From: Opitutia bacterium
Lineage (GTDB): Bacteria > Verrucomicrobiota > Verrucomicrobiia > Opitutales > Opitutaceae
NCBI GenBank assembly: GCA_947478395.1
Contig: CANJVR010000004.1
Coordinates: 128,001 to 192,000 of the forward strand
DNA length: 64,000 nucleotides
Direction: 5' to 3'
In this document: positions 22,301 through 31,700 of the stretch, in pieces
Layout: each line of letters opens with the position of its first letter
Position numbering within the stretch: position 1 is the stretch's first letter
Notes under the pieces: generated by a model
Databases searched by the model: none
What the model saw: the letters and a program-made list of their open reading frames with translations, nothing else
Told to the model about the DNA's origin: nothing
Position numbers and translations under genes: made by a program

Positions 22301-23084
22301 TGCCGCAGTATTTGACGTGCTGAGCATGTATACCTACAGGTCTGAAGAGCGATGGAACGCTTGCCGTAAGTTCATCCGGGAGTTGCTCATCAGTCCGCAA
22401 TTTTCGTTGGGGCTGGAGAACACGATGGATATGCACCATTGGGAGCAATCGTCGAAAAAACTACTGAAAGAGGCCCCGGACGAAGACCTAGCGCGGGAGT
22501 TGACCGCTCAAATTATCGCGGCCGAAAAATCATCAGATTTGACTGTGCGGGGAGACACCGACCGTCGTTCCCTACTGGCTACGCTTTTGGCGGAGTATCC
22601 TAGCCCGTGCTGGCCCTTGGTCGGAGCGGAGTTGCTTTCCCCGAATCACTACCGAATGGACATGATTCTTGGGGGGCACGGTTTCGACGATCAGCAAGCG
22701 TCTATCGTTTGGAACGTCCCGCGTGAGATGCTGGTTTCGTGGGTTCGTCAAAATCCGGCGGCAAAGTCGAGGCTCCTCGACGCCATCTCGCTTTTCTACA
22801 CCGAGAAATCAGGTGAGTGCCACTGGCATCCGACCACGCTCGCACTTCTTGACGACGGATTGGACGCTGAAAGTAGACAGGCCGTTGGGCGGAACCTCTA
22901 CAGTTATGGGTCGAGCGGCTCTCGGGTTCCATACATCGCAAAACGACTGAAGCTGTTACGCGAACTGGAGCAGCACCCGCAGCCGACGGTGAAAGAAATG
23001 GCCCGGGAACTCCTCAAAGCCTTCGAAGCGGAAAAGGCGCAGGAACAGATGAGCGATCAGGAGGAGGCAGCCGGGATCTATTGA
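19326..23084 (+). CDS. large STAND-like P-loop NTPase with N-terminal REase (Mrr-like) domain; Avs/NLR-like defence candidate
   Basis: N-terminal DGGEDG...YQSKA, Walker A GHSGLGKT, Walker B LIVVDNC, long Leu-rich helical C-terminus; 1252 aa. Confidence 0.7.
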   Translation: MKQIHQVEAEHIDRLQPAQLVDLLRKLLYAEANGQKVVVHVPEQITVADGGEDGRWEGAATTSEYIPNAFTIYQSKAQDIGIAECGYAALTKKKDAVVRAIDEVLNRGGCYVFFCSHPYVQEGIDDRIAAVKKELTAIGRVLGTDQSIRFLDGNKIAAWTNQHAAAVAHVCECCRLPPVGELRTWSDWNRDTIFRTAFHSNKALDNHILSIRQHLSTAGSVARITGHSGLGKTRLAFEALRPSPDQSDIQQKSLSHSVAYLDMEHSADRVLSLVSSIEASQMAGLIVVDNCERSFHQKLVDIVQRQDSRLRLLTLDYVPESPIPGTLQVPLEPGMMEDVVPKILQDLPQARRLTEQQLKHIASYAHGFPQIASLMAEVGDTLDWTKLDQRGLAKKLLWGRGTGTESEQKVIRALSIFGHVGFEGERKTQKTFVREQLCGPPPLSERDFEQMLLPFLGRRILQKAGGYRLVAPLPLAVALAAEWWEVATAEELEKLLPLIEAAGLTESFCIRAKQLHFSANASTLAAQLCGASGPLSDAGVLNSGPGSRLFRAFVELNPAAASDCLWRVFGASSIDDLSKVKAGRRSLIWALEKICWNRELFHQGAQLLLRFASAEIETFSNNATGQFKHLFQLYLSGTQMPAVERLAVIEVGLASSEPQIRSVCVEALGVGLVTHHFSRTGGVEVRGSGLPEEDWSPKLNGEVAEYWARCFSLLTGVVLERSPESPLAQAELGRHLRGVLKPALLERFEPEFRKIAEALNGYWPEALSSLRSIFEFDTAAYPAESLDRLKQWIIWITPADLPNRLTLVVIEAPYEHEEGPDGTIVDLSAKKAEQLADELVEQAADLREHLDHLQQGDQRQSYVFGRRLGQHEKNSSNLIEQCLTSLENIPAEKRNVAFLAGVLAGIQDRSRVRPILERVATSPQLIDILVPLTRLTQPNVDDIKRIVDLVAAGKIPATQLRQFSFGSVLDELAPQPLLDLFQPLAANLPVARAAVFDVLSMYTYRSEERWNACRKFIRELLISPQFSLGLENTMDMHHWEQSSKKLLKEAPDEDLARELTAQIIAAEKSSDLTVRGDTDRRSLLATLLAEYPSPCWPLVGAELLSPNHYRMDMILGGHGFDDQQASIVWNVPREMLVSWVRQNPAAKSRLLDAISLFYTEKSGECHWHPTTLALLDDGLDAESRQAVGRNLYSYGSSGSRVPYIAKRLKLLRELEQHPQPTVKEMARELLKAFEAEKAQEQMSDQEEAAGIY

Positions 23085-23303
23085 CGAGTGGACGACCATG
23101 CCCAAGAATTCTCGTTCCAAGATAACGAAGGGTAAGCGTCGTCCCGGACTTTCGATTACCCACATTTCAGGGCTATGTGGCGTAGAGTCGCTGGGACTCA
23201 ATCGGTGAGGAGATAGCCATTTATGATACCGCAATCCCAGCGCCGTGAACACCGCTCCTTCGATGTCGCACAAAAGCGCCGCAGATTGTGGCGCCGCGAG
23301 CCG

Positions 23304-24257
23304 TTACTTCGTGTAAGGCCACGTCTCGCCTTTGCGGGAGAGCGCGATCTCGGGCGAGGTCATCTCGCGGCACCAGAGGCTGGCTTTCACCCGGTCGACA
23401 TCGATGTCCGACTCGCAAAACAAACCGTGAGGCGAATAGGTGATTTTGCGCCACTCCCCTGCTGGCCATGTCTCGACATAGTAGAGATGCAGGTAGCTTT
23501 CTCCCGAAGATTGTGACAATCGCACTGTCACCACGCATCGGGTGAGATTTTGTCCGGACAGATTGCGCAGGCGCAGGGTTTGGGTGGCGTCGGTCGTGTG
23601 CTCATCCCCAAGCACACGGCTTACCAACGAGGGTCTCTCCTCAGTGAGTTCGCATTCGAACAACGGCTTTGCCGCGAGTGGCCCGCTATAGCTCGGCGCG
23701 AGCTGAGCCAGACGGACACGCGCCATTTCGATGCGAGCGCGGGAGGCCTTCATCGTCTCCCAAATCTCGGCGTATCCTTTGAGTTCTTGGAGAACACCTT
23801 TGCTGCCCGACTCGAGCATATCCCTGCTTTTCAATCCGTAACCCACGGCGGTTTCGGTCCCGCTCAGGATCAACTTGGACAACGACGGCTGACTCTGGCG
23901 TTGGGATAATTTCTCCAATCCGGTCAATTCCCGCGAAACGTCCGTCGCGATCGGCGCGAGTCGCCGACATTGACGGGAAACATCATCAAGTTCCTGCCGG
24001 AAATCCTGCAACCAGACGGCTTGCTCGGCAGCAGTCACTTTCGCACCAGGTGCAGCAGTCTCGGGAGGCAACGAGGCCAGTAACAACCCACAGAGCCGGG
24101 CATACCGTTCGGGTGTATCTTCGCGCCTAGCTTCACGCCACGCGTAGTTCAAAAGCGGCAGCACAATCACGACCGCGATCAGCGCCAGCGCGATTTTCCA
24201 TTTACCGACTCCGCTACGAGGGTTTGGTGGCGGAACGAGGGGAGGCGGAGCATTCAT
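23304..24257 (-). CDS. hypothetical membrane-anchored protein
   Basis: Single hydrophobic N-terminal segment IALALIAVVIVLPLL; 317 aa. Confidence 0.65.
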   Translation of the reverse strand: MNAPPPLVPPPNPRSGVGKWKIALALIAVVIVLPLLNYAWREARREDTPERYARLCGLLLASLPPETAAPGAKVTAAEQAVWLQDFRQELDDVSRQCRRLAPIATDVSRELTGLEKLSQRQSQPSLSKLILSGTETAVGYGLKSRDMLESGSKGVLQELKGYAEIWETMKASRARIEMARVRLAQLAPSYSGPLAAKPLFECELTEERPSLVSRVLGDEHTTDATQTLRLRNLSGQNLTRCVVTVRLSQSSGESYLHLYYVETWPAGEWRKITYSPHGLFCESDIDVDRVKASLWCREMTSPEIALSRKGETWPYTK

Positions 24258-24282
24258 GGGCTAAGAACATTGTCGCTCTCGC

Positions 24283-24630
24283 TTACCGGGCAGCGGGCGC
24301 GCGTCGATAAGCGTCCTCCAACTGTTCGACGGATGGTGCAGTCGCATCGAGCCATTGGTGCTCGAACACCTGAATGTGTGCTTTCGGAACATCGGCGGCT
24401 GCGATGAAGCCATCGCCGGGCAATCCGGTCTGGTCGCTGACGATGAGGCTGGTGAGCGGTGGAAGGTGCTGCTCGGTGCAAAACTGCTGAATGGGTCGGA
24501 GGAAGTCGCCGATGCTGGGGCGCACAACGCCCGTCGCTCGCGCAACGATGTCGTAGGTGAGGATCTGGCGGCTGTTCGCCGCTAGGACGAGAACACTCCA
24601 AAGCTGCTGCGCTCGTTCGGCTCTTGTCAT
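24283..24630 (-). CDS. hypothetical protein (possible winged-helix DNA-binding domain)
   Basis: QILTYDIVARATG...LPPLTSLIVSDQTGLPGDGF, a pattern I associate with small genes in restriction/defence neighbourhoods. Confidence 0.65.
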   Translation of the reverse strand: MTRAERAQQLWSVLVLAANSRQILTYDIVARATGVVRPSIGDFLRPIQQFCTEQHLPPLTSLIVSDQTGLPGDGFIAAADVPKAHIQVFEHQWLDATAPSVEQLEDAYRRAPAAR

Positions 24631-24653
24631 GGGTAGATTCGATTCAAGATCGT

Positions 24654-25334
24654 TTAGCGCCGCGCAGGTTTCCAGTGACAAGCGGTGCGCGTGTGGTGCA
24701 GGTGAAAATTTCCGTCAGCGATTCGGACCTCGATGGGATCGACGCGGTCGGGTGGATCGAGCAACCACGCAAATACCACCTTCGCCGGCACAATGGCAGC
24801 GCCGGGCCAATCACCGCTGGCGGGCGCCACAAACGCGGCGTCGCCACAGTCGAACGCGACATGGCCGTCGGCGAATGTGACGCTCACTTTGCCCGAACGG
24901 CGTGCCTTGCGAGTCCGAAGCACGGGGAGCGCAGCGGCGAGCAATGCCGCGCGCGGCACCGTGAGACGGGCTGCTGACAAGGGCGAAACTTCCGTTCTCA
25001 GGGGCTTCTGGCTGACAGCGGGCGAGACCGGTGCGGGTCCGATTGAGAAAGAACCAAGGGAAGGCTCCTGCTCGGCCGCGGCGGTCGCTCGTTCGGCGTG
25101 GAGCCGGCGGACTCGCTCGCGAAGTTTCGCGCTGGCACCAGCGGCGTTGAGATATTTGCGGGCTTCCACCGTGAGACGACGTTGAAACGCCTCTCCTCCG
25201 GCAGTGTTGAGCACAGCGGCTTCGGTTGTCAGAGCTGAATCAAGAGCGGCGAACGCGCTTTCTACCGCGGCGGCGGCATCAACGGTAGCAAACATATCGG
25301 CGAAGCCACCTGGTGTTGGGGATGGTTTCTTCAC
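24654..25334 (-). CDS. hypothetical protein
   Basis: 226-aa ORF co-oriented with the flanking minus-strand genes. Confidence 0.5.
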   Translation of the reverse strand: MKKPSPTPGGFADMFATVDAAAAVESAFAALDSALTTEAAVLNTAGGEAFQRRLTVEARKYLNAAGASAKLRERVRRLHAERATAAAEQEPSLGSFSIGPAPVSPAVSQKPLRTEVSPLSAARLTVPRAALLAAALPVLRTRKARRSGKVSVTFADGHVAFDCGDAAFVAPASGDWPGAAIVPAKVVFAWLLDPPDRVDPIEVRIADGNFHLHHTRTACHWKPARR

Positions 25335-25434
25335 GATTGCGAGAGTAAGATAGTCACTTTGTTTTTGGCGACTGCTACACGATTTTGATTTCGGCGAGGG
25401 CCAGGCCCCAGCCCAGTGATTTCACCCCAGCGTG

Positions 25435-27219
25435 CTAGGGCAACGCGTCGGCCTTCGGCTTTTCGTTTAGTTGCTGGAGCAGCCATTCGAGCTGAGTGCG
25501 GGCGGTGGCTATGACAGATCGATAGGCGAGGAACTTGGTGCGTTTCCCGGAGTAGTCTGACTGAAGTTTTGGGTCAACTTGGCCGCCTACGATTAGGATG
25601 TCCAAGTTGATGCCGAGTTGGCCGGTCAGAGTATCGGCATACGTTACCGCCTGAAGTTCCGCCGCGCGACCGACCGTGAGCGAGGGGCGCTTGAACTCGA
25701 CCAAGAGGTGGCGGTTTTCGACATTGGCTGCCAAAAGGAGGTCCGGACGGTCGGTTGCGTCTTGGCCTTTGTAGAGTTTTTCGGTGAAGTCTTTGATGAT
25801 CGTCTGGAGCTGGCGGTTGCTCGCCATGACGCTGTATTCGTTGCCGAAGATCCACAGGCTGTGCTGCAAGGCCGTGTGCATTTGTGCCTCGGTGGTCGTG
25901 GCGTCACCCGCGAGTTTGTAGAGATTGTCGAGATAGGTTCTACGGCGCTCCGCCTGCTGGGCGATGAAAGCGAGATCGGTGAGGCCAAATTTATCGAGCG
26001 CTTGGGCAAAGATGAAAACGTCCGCCTTTTCAGCGGCTTCCACTTCACGGCACACCGTCCAGTATTCGTCCATCTCCAGCGCATCCAGTGCGAGGTTGAT
26101 CAAGACGGTGATGCGCTCTTCTTTTTCGCCTTCTTGGTAGCTGCGGGAGATGAGTTTTTCGAGGCGCTCCTCGACAATCTCGCGACGATGCTCGGGCACT
26201 GATTCGAGCCGGCGCTTCATCAACTGTGTCCAGCGGCCCTTCGCGAGGTTCACCTCATTGGTGTGAACCTGCGTGAGACTGGCTTTGACGTCGTCCTGTA
26301 TGGCCTTGGTGAGGTATTCAAAGCCTTTGTCGCTCTCGATCACGTCGCCGCCGGCGGCAGTCAGCTCAATTGCCTCGGCCTCAATTTTGATTTCACCGAC
26401 GACGCGGTTTCGAAGGCGATCAGTGAGTTGCTCCTCGCGTTCGAGGCCCCAGTGGTGGGGCTTGCCAATGGCTTTTTCGCCAGCTCGGAGGATGAGCCCG
26501 GCATTGCGGCCGGCCACGGGTTTTTCGCTGATGGTGTAGGTGGCGGTGGCCTTGCTGCCGTTTGGCAGAGTATAATGCTTGGTGAAGGTTTCGCCTTGAA
26601 TGTCGTGACGGGCTACTTTTTCGCCGTTGATAAACAGCTCAATGCCGGACTCGCGTCCGTAGTCGTAGGCAAGGATTTCGCGGAGCTTGTCGGGCTGGGG
26701 AAAGTTGAGGCGGGGGTTGAGGTGGCGTAGAGTGACGGTCGTGCCCCGGTTTTCTTTCGGACAAGCGGTGACATCGACCGGCAGGGGGACCTGTTCAATA
26801 TCCTTGCCGGCAGCCATGAGTGCGGACCTGGAAATAAAGATGGTCGTCTCAACGCCGAATGCTTGGGTAACGACCTCCATCTCGTCCGCGAGGATGAGTC
26901 CGGAGAATTTACCTACACCGCGCCGACCCTTGACCACGCGATTGAGGTTGGGGGTGCGGTCACCTTTGCGCGTGGTGCGTGGGCTGGCGATGTTGAGATA
27001 TTCTTGGCGAAGCTCCTGCTCCTTCATGCCGTTTCCATCATCGGCGATCACGATGGGGTCTTCCGTCATCGCTGCTGGCAGGGTGATGCGCACAGTCTTG
27101 GCCTCCGCATCCCATGCGTTGTCGATCAGTTCGCGCAGGGCACGTTCGCTTGAAGAGTAATTTTCACCCAAAATGGTAGCGACACGCGGATCGACGGAGA
27201 AGTGGGCGGGCAGGCTCAT
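25435..27219 (-). CDS. GHKL (MORC-like) ATPase fused to C-terminal PD-(D/E)XK nuclease
   Basis: RELIDNAWDA, ADDGNGM, GRRGVGKF, GTTV (GHKL motifs); C-terminal LWIFG...RPDLLL...LVEFKRP. Confidence 0.85.
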   Translation of the reverse strand: MSLPAHFSVDPRVATILGENYSSSERALRELIDNAWDAEAKTVRITLPAAMTEDPIVIADDGNGMKEQELRQEYLNIASPRTTRKGDRTPNLNRVVKGRRGVGKFSGLILADEMEVVTQAFGVETTIFISRSALMAAGKDIEQVPLPVDVTACPKENRGTTVTLRHLNPRLNFPQPDKLREILAYDYGRESGIELFINGEKVARHDIQGETFTKHYTLPNGSKATATYTISEKPVAGRNAGLILRAGEKAIGKPHHWGLEREEQLTDRLRNRVVGEIKIEAEAIELTAAGGDVIESDKGFEYLTKAIQDDVKASLTQVHTNEVNLAKGRWTQLMKRRLESVPEHRREIVEERLEKLISRSYQEGEKEERITVLINLALDALEMDEYWTVCREVEAAEKADVFIFAQALDKFGLTDLAFIAQQAERRRTYLDNLYKLAGDATTTEAQMHTALQHSLWIFGNEYSVMASNRQLQTIIKDFTEKLYKGQDATDRPDLLLAANVENRHLLVEFKRPSLTVGRAAELQAVTYADTLTGQLGINLDILIVGGQVDPKLQSDYSGKRTKFLAYRSVIATARTQLEWLLQQLNEKPKADALP

Positions 27220-28799
27220 GGTTTTATAAAACTGAACCCGGCAATTTTTAGTTTTCCCAGGAAATCTTGCCCACAGGCGATCAACTGCTCGGCTGTGTAA
27301 ACTTGATAGAGCAAAAGCCAGAAACGATCTTGCTCACGTTGTTCTAGAAGCTGAAGCGACAAAGCCTTTTCTTCTATTTTAGTGATAATATTAGCGAGAT
27401 TATGTCGCAGGGCGTATTCACGAAATAGAACGAGAACGATACAGTCGTCGATAGCTAGAATGCTGGACTCGATTTCTTGCGACAGCGTGGGTTGGATGGT
27501 GTAATTTAGCGCGAGGTAGAGCCCGTGGGCAATTGCATCTGGGTAGAGTTTTCGAATCCCTATCTCTAGCAATTGATCGGCGAGCAGCTTAACCTTTTCG
27601 TTCCTTAGCTCAGGTTTAAATATAGAAAAGACACACCGCTCTACAACAGGCGCAAGGTAGGGGAATGCTATGGCTAGATTAATCGCCTCTTGGATAAATA
27701 GTCGTTTAGCTCGGGAATTGTAACGAGAAACCCGTTCGTCGTCGTTTCCGACCATTTGCATCGCGTAATTTAGCGGGGTGGAGACCGCGTGTTTTTCTGA
27801 TAATTCGAGTGCAAGGTCGAGCAGGCTGCGAATAGCGCTGTAGCGGATTTCGCCAGCGGCCGGGAATTGAAACCGTTTTAACGTCTGAACCCAGGATTCT
27901 TCGCTGGTCTGGGGCATCCGTGAGATCCGAGTCTTTTTTTCGTTTATATTGAGTTCGAATTTGCGTAGGGCCAGGCCGAGGTCGTGGATGAACTTCTCCG
28001 CCTCGTCATGGGATTGGGCGTAGAAACAATAGTCGTCGATGTGACGTGATAACTTAACGTAGCCTTTGCCGACAAGCTCAGCATCGACGCGCGTCAAAAC
28101 GATTTCGGCTATTATATTAGAAGCGTGCGGGCCAATGAGCAGGCCATTCGTCTGGCCATCACGTGTGATTTGAGTGCATTTATCTAAAACGTTTCCGGGG
28201 AGTTTTATGAGGCTTGTTCGATGTTCCTTCGCCTCTTCTTGGGTATGGAGCGCCCACGGAATTGAATGGGTATAAATGCTAGAAAAGCAGGATGAAATAT
28301 CGGCATCCACTCTATATTGGGCGCCGGCCTGCCACTCTAAGTCCTCTTCCTCAAGTTCGAAGCGTTCGGGTCCCTTGTAGGACATCTCAAAAATATGCTC
28401 ACCTTTTGTGTGGCGAACATAAATACGGCTGATTTGGGGATAGCCTTGGAGGCAGTGCTCTTTGATCAGGTTCCAGTTTTTTTTAACGGCCAAAGCCTGA
28501 ACGAAGTAACTTTCGGGGTGCGGCACTCCCAGGTGGCGAGGGACGTTTGTTTCGCGCAATGCCGCATAGCGTATGAAATCGTGGGATCGGTTGCCTATGG
28601 CCTTTGCTAGTTTCTTGTCGGTATCGGCATCAAGGGTGGCGCGAATTTCAGGATCATTGATGGCCGACAGTCCTTGCGTCGAAAAACAGGGTGGAAGTTT
28701 TTCGCCGAATAGTCCGTAGTCTAACAAGCCAGTGAATACCTCATCGGGCGTTAGGCCGATGTCTTCGATGGTGAGTTGAGAATTTAAGTCGATGCTCAC
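27216..28799 (-). CDS. reverse transcriptase, Abi/UG class (DRT4-like candidate)
   Basis: PRHLGVPHP, ADISSCFSSIYTHSIPWA, GLLIGPHASNIIAEI, RHIDDY (YxDD variant), LNINEKKT, helical C-terminus. GTG start overlaps the upstream stop. Subtype is tentative. Confidence 0.88.
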   Translation of the reverse strand: MSIDLNSQLTIEDIGLTPDEVFTGLLDYGLFGEKLPPCFSTQGLSAINDPEIRATLDADTDKKLAKAIGNRSHDFIRYAALRETNVPRHLGVPHPESYFVQALAVKKNWNLIKEHCLQGYPQISRIYVRHTKGEHIFEMSYKGPERFELEEEDLEWQAGAQYRVDADISSCFSSIYTHSIPWALHTQEEAKEHRTSLIKLPGNVLDKCTQITRDGQTNGLLIGPHASNIIAEIVLTRVDAELVGKGYVKLSRHIDDYCFYAQSHDEAEKFIHDLGLALRKFELNINEKKTRISRMPQTSEESWVQTLKRFQFPAAGEIRYSAIRSLLDLALELSEKHAVSTPLNYAMQMVGNDDERVSRYNSRAKRLFIQEAINLAIAFPYLAPVVERCVFSIFKPELRNEKVKLLADQLLEIGIRKLYPDAIAHGLYLALNYTIQPTLSQEIESSILAIDDCIVLVLFREYALRHNLANIITKIEEKALSLQLLEQREQDRFWLLLYQVYTAEQLIACGQDFLGKLKIAGFSFIKP

Positions 28800-31700
28800 C
28801 GTGCAGCGGATTCCACGATGGCGATTTCCTCAGGCGTCAGGCCGTAGAGAGCGTAAACCTGTTGGTCGATCTCGCGCTCCAAGGCGCTCGTGTCGGCGGC
28901 GGCGTTCGCCTGCTTGGAGGCGAGGATACGGTCAATCAGATGCTCCAACCCCTCTTGCTGCTCTGGGGTCGCAGTTGGGATGGGAATATTTTTGATATCA
29001 CTGGGATTAAGCTTTGGAAAAATGTCCTTTGCGAAATTTGGGCAGCGCAACCCAGCATACCAACTCGCTGCGGTAGAATTGACTACACCTAGCAAGTATT
29101 TTAGCTTAACCTTCTTGCCCGGTTTTGCTACGAGAGGACTTATAGCGTGGCCGCAATAAATTGTGCCTGAATGGAACGCGGCTTGGATCCGTTTTCCTGC
29201 ACCGGGAACTTCACGACAAAGAAGTTTTTCTTGGGTAAAAAAGCGGGGCTCGCGGGGTGCCCCGAGCCAATCACCATACGACAGCCACTCTCCACGCCAG
29301 TTAATGCTGTATCGCGATATGTCGCGACCGTTTAGCCATGGCCCATAGGTTTCATCGCGCTTCTCGTCGGCGTGGAAAGCACGCTTAGAAATCAGGTTTG
29401 CATCATGACCGCGGTATTTGTCGTAGGGTGTAATTCCTTGCGACACATCACACAACTCACCGAGTCGCTTGCACTGAGTTTCGATTTTCTTCAGTAAACC
29501 CTCTTCGCCATCGTTAGATTGGAAATCGATCTGTAAGTATGGTCTTTTCCGAACTGATTCGACTGAAATGCATTTGTCTCCCGAATCAGTCCGCACCTGA
29601 ATTGAGGAGCTTGATTTTTCCTTTTCATGATCAAGCTTTTCGAAAAAAACGGTTTGGGTGCTTACCACCGCATTTTTAAAGACGCCTTCTCCCCAGATGC
29701 GTATTTCTGAAATACTGGTTTCGTCCAGAAGTAGTTTACGCAAAGGCTGGCTGTTTTGCAGTGTTAGCCAGACGACGGGTGTGATGTATGAAGCAATGCC
29801 CCTTGGTTTTAGCAACAAAACCGTGCGTTCTAAAAACAATTCATATAGATCGGCTTTGTAACAAAAAGATTTAAAGAGTTTGAGCGCCGCAATGTTCGCT
29901 TCCGAAAACTTATCTTTTGTTACCTGAACATAAGGAGGGTTGGCGATTACGACATCGAAACCGTCCTTCAAGGCCCGTCCGAACATCCAATGCGGGTCAA
30001 AAAAGTCAGCACTGGACTGAGGGTCGAAAGGGTCCCACTCGGCGAGGTGCCTGGACTTCGCGGAGTTCACGGCTCCAAGACTGCCTGCGAGCGTTTCGGC
30101 CAGCTTGAGGCGGAGGGCCTTGATTTTCTTCTGCAAGGCGAGCTTCTGGTCGCGCCGCTGGATGGTGAAGTGGCCGTGGTAGGCGTCTTCGATTTCCCTT
30201 TCGATGGGCGCGATGAGAGATTCGATGAAGAGGTCTTTGTCCGAGATAGGCAGGCCGATGAGAGTGTCAGCGGCGACGAACTTGGTTTCTAGATTGGGCA
30301 GCGGACGGATGCCGTGGTTGTCCTTTTTGTTGCGGTTGGTCTTCTGGTCGCAGACGAGGGAGATGAAGAAGCGGAGTTTGGTGATCTGGATGGCGATGGG
30401 CTGGATATCCACGCCATAGAGGCAGTTTTCAATCAGGTAGAGCTTGCGACCGTAGTCGTCGTTGTTGTCGACAAAGGCGCGTTCGAGTTCCTCGCGCATG
30501 GGAGCGGAGTCGAGCTTAGCGAGCTGCGTCTGTTTCCAGCGATCGTTGTCGGGGTCGAGCTTGCCGAGGATATAGACGAGCTTGTGGAGGACGCCCATGG
30601 GGAAGGCGCCGGAGCCGCACGCGGGGTCGAGGATTTTCAGCGCGTCGATGGCAGCGATCAGCGTAGCGACCTCGCTGGGCGTAAAAGCGTGCTCTTTCTC
30701 GGTGTAGGCGAAGAGGAGGTCGAGGCCGGCGCGGGCGTCGTGTTCCTTCATGCGGGCCTTTTCCACGAGGGCGCGGGTAAGGTGGGCCTTTAGGGACTCG
30801 TCCACCATGTAGTCCACGATGGGGCGCGGGGTGTAGAAGGAGCCGGTCTGCTTGCGGGCGGTGGTTTTGGTTTCCTCGTTGTAGGACGCGAGAAGATTTT
30901 CGAAGACTTTGCCGAGGAGTTCGGGATCGAGGGCGATTTCCTGATCGATAGGAGTGTTCTCGACGATGGTGAACTTGTAGCGGTTCAGGATGGTAATCAG
31001 GCCGGTGACCTTTTCGGCCTTGCGCTTCTTGTCGTCATAAACTTCCGAGAGGTCGGCGACTTCCCCGCTGTCGAAGAAGAGGCGATCGGGGACGTGGGGA
31101 CGCTTTTTGGCGTTGCGGGAAAACCCGTCGAGGTAACGCTTTTTGTTGGTGCCATCCTCCGTGCGGTCGAGGCACTCGAAGAGGCCGCCATTAAGGAAAG
31201 GGATGTCGGCGAAGTGGCTTAGCGCGGCGTCGGGCTCTTCGCGGAAGAAAGCTTCGTAGCGGTAGAGGTTGTTGACGTCGTAAGTGGCGCGGTTCTTGGC
31301 GAAGCCTTCATCCTTAGCGAAGACGCGGTAGGACTTGCCGTTGCCGTCCTTGCCCATGCGCTGGTTGAGCGTGGCGAAGAAGAGGTTTTGCAGGATGGCC
31401 TGATAGTAGGTGGAGCTGGTCTCGCTCTCGGGATCGAAGCCTTTGAGGAGTTTGGCGAGGTCGGCGGGGTGGAAGAGCTTCTCGGGGATGAGGCCCTTTT
31501 CCTTGAGGAACCAGCAGAAGATGAGGCGGGTGAGCAACCGGATGAGGCCGGTTGCGCGGCGTTTCTCTTCGTCGGGCTCGAGGTCGGCGGGGAACCCCAC
31601 CTGCGGGAGCGCCCAGAAATACCAGTTGGCCAGCTCACGGTAGAAGCGTTCGTTGAGCAGCTCGACGTTAAAGATTTGCTCCCACGCGGTGTGGAGGGAG

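Noticed and set aside
27216..28799. Retron, DGR or group II intron RT
   Set aside because: No adjacent non-coding space, no VTG/NAxxH retron motifs, no TR/VR repeat pair and no maturase domain or intron domain V noticed.
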